64,000 nucleotides of DNA, from NCBI GenBank assembly GCA_964252035.1, contig OZ176205.1; one strand, written 5' to 3'. Every line of letters begins with the position of its first letter. Position 1 is the stretch's first letter. The stretch is from Podarcis erhardii. Taxonomy: Eukaryota. This document shows positions 63,760 through 64,000 of the stretch, in pieces. The notes below the pieces were generated by a model. The model saw only the letters and a list, made by a program, of their open reading frames with translations, searched no databases and was not told the DNA's origin. The position numbers and the translations under genes are program-made.

Positions 63760-64000
63760 TCCCCAACTTCCCTCCCCTGTTACTTACCCCCAGCAGGCAA
63801 ACTTTGAGCTCCCTCAGAGCCATGGCTGGGGAGGGATAGACGGCTCTCTCGTCGGGAGCGCAGCAGGCACAGCCCGGGTAGCCCCTCCTCGGAAAAAGGC
63901 GCACATCGGGGAATTAAAATAAAAAAAAAAAAACGCCTCCTCCTCCTCCTTCTCAAGTCTACCCTTCAGGCGAAAGTCTCCCAGGGATAAAACGAAGGCG
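63760..64000. promoter_or_regulatory. Edge of the RAB22A CpG-rich 5' region
   Basis: CpG-containing, GC-rich sequence around the RAB22A ATG, running to the window end. Confidence 0.6.
63788..63823 (-). CDS. RAB22A: RAB22A coding exon 1 (MALRELKVCLLG)
   Basis: ATG at 63823-63821; 36 nt; followed by GTAAGTA donor; matches the recalled RAB22A N-terminus; lies in GC-rich sequence. Confidence 0.97.

Overview
Eukaryotic (vertebrate) genomic DNA. The repeat content (Sauria SINE, Bov-B, squamate-type CR1/L2/L1 and MITEs) points to a squamate reptile, probably a lacertid lizard (inference). Two genes lie in tandem on the minus strand. RAB22A is complete: 7 coding exons from 63823 to 50722, 585 nt, 194 aa, every intron GT-AG and every phase compatible. 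VAPB contributes exons 1-2 (29622-29565 and 3107-2955) separated by a ~26.5 kb intron; exon 3 onward lies left of the window. The rest is intronic or intergenic DNA dense in transposons, with one 141-N assembly gap. I found no new protein-coding system, and most ORFs in the supplied track are artefacts of GC-rich or repeat sequence. The most interesting signals: (1) short retroposons with three different tRNA heads (Asn-, Ile-, Lys-like) joined to one CR1-type 3' tail; (2) a twice-present composite MITE carrying an L2 tail; (3) DNA-transposon families with fixed ends and variable hairpin or minisatellite cores; (4) a cluster of minus-strand poly(A) signals ~11 kb past the RAB22A stop. Repeat family names come from recall, not a database search.
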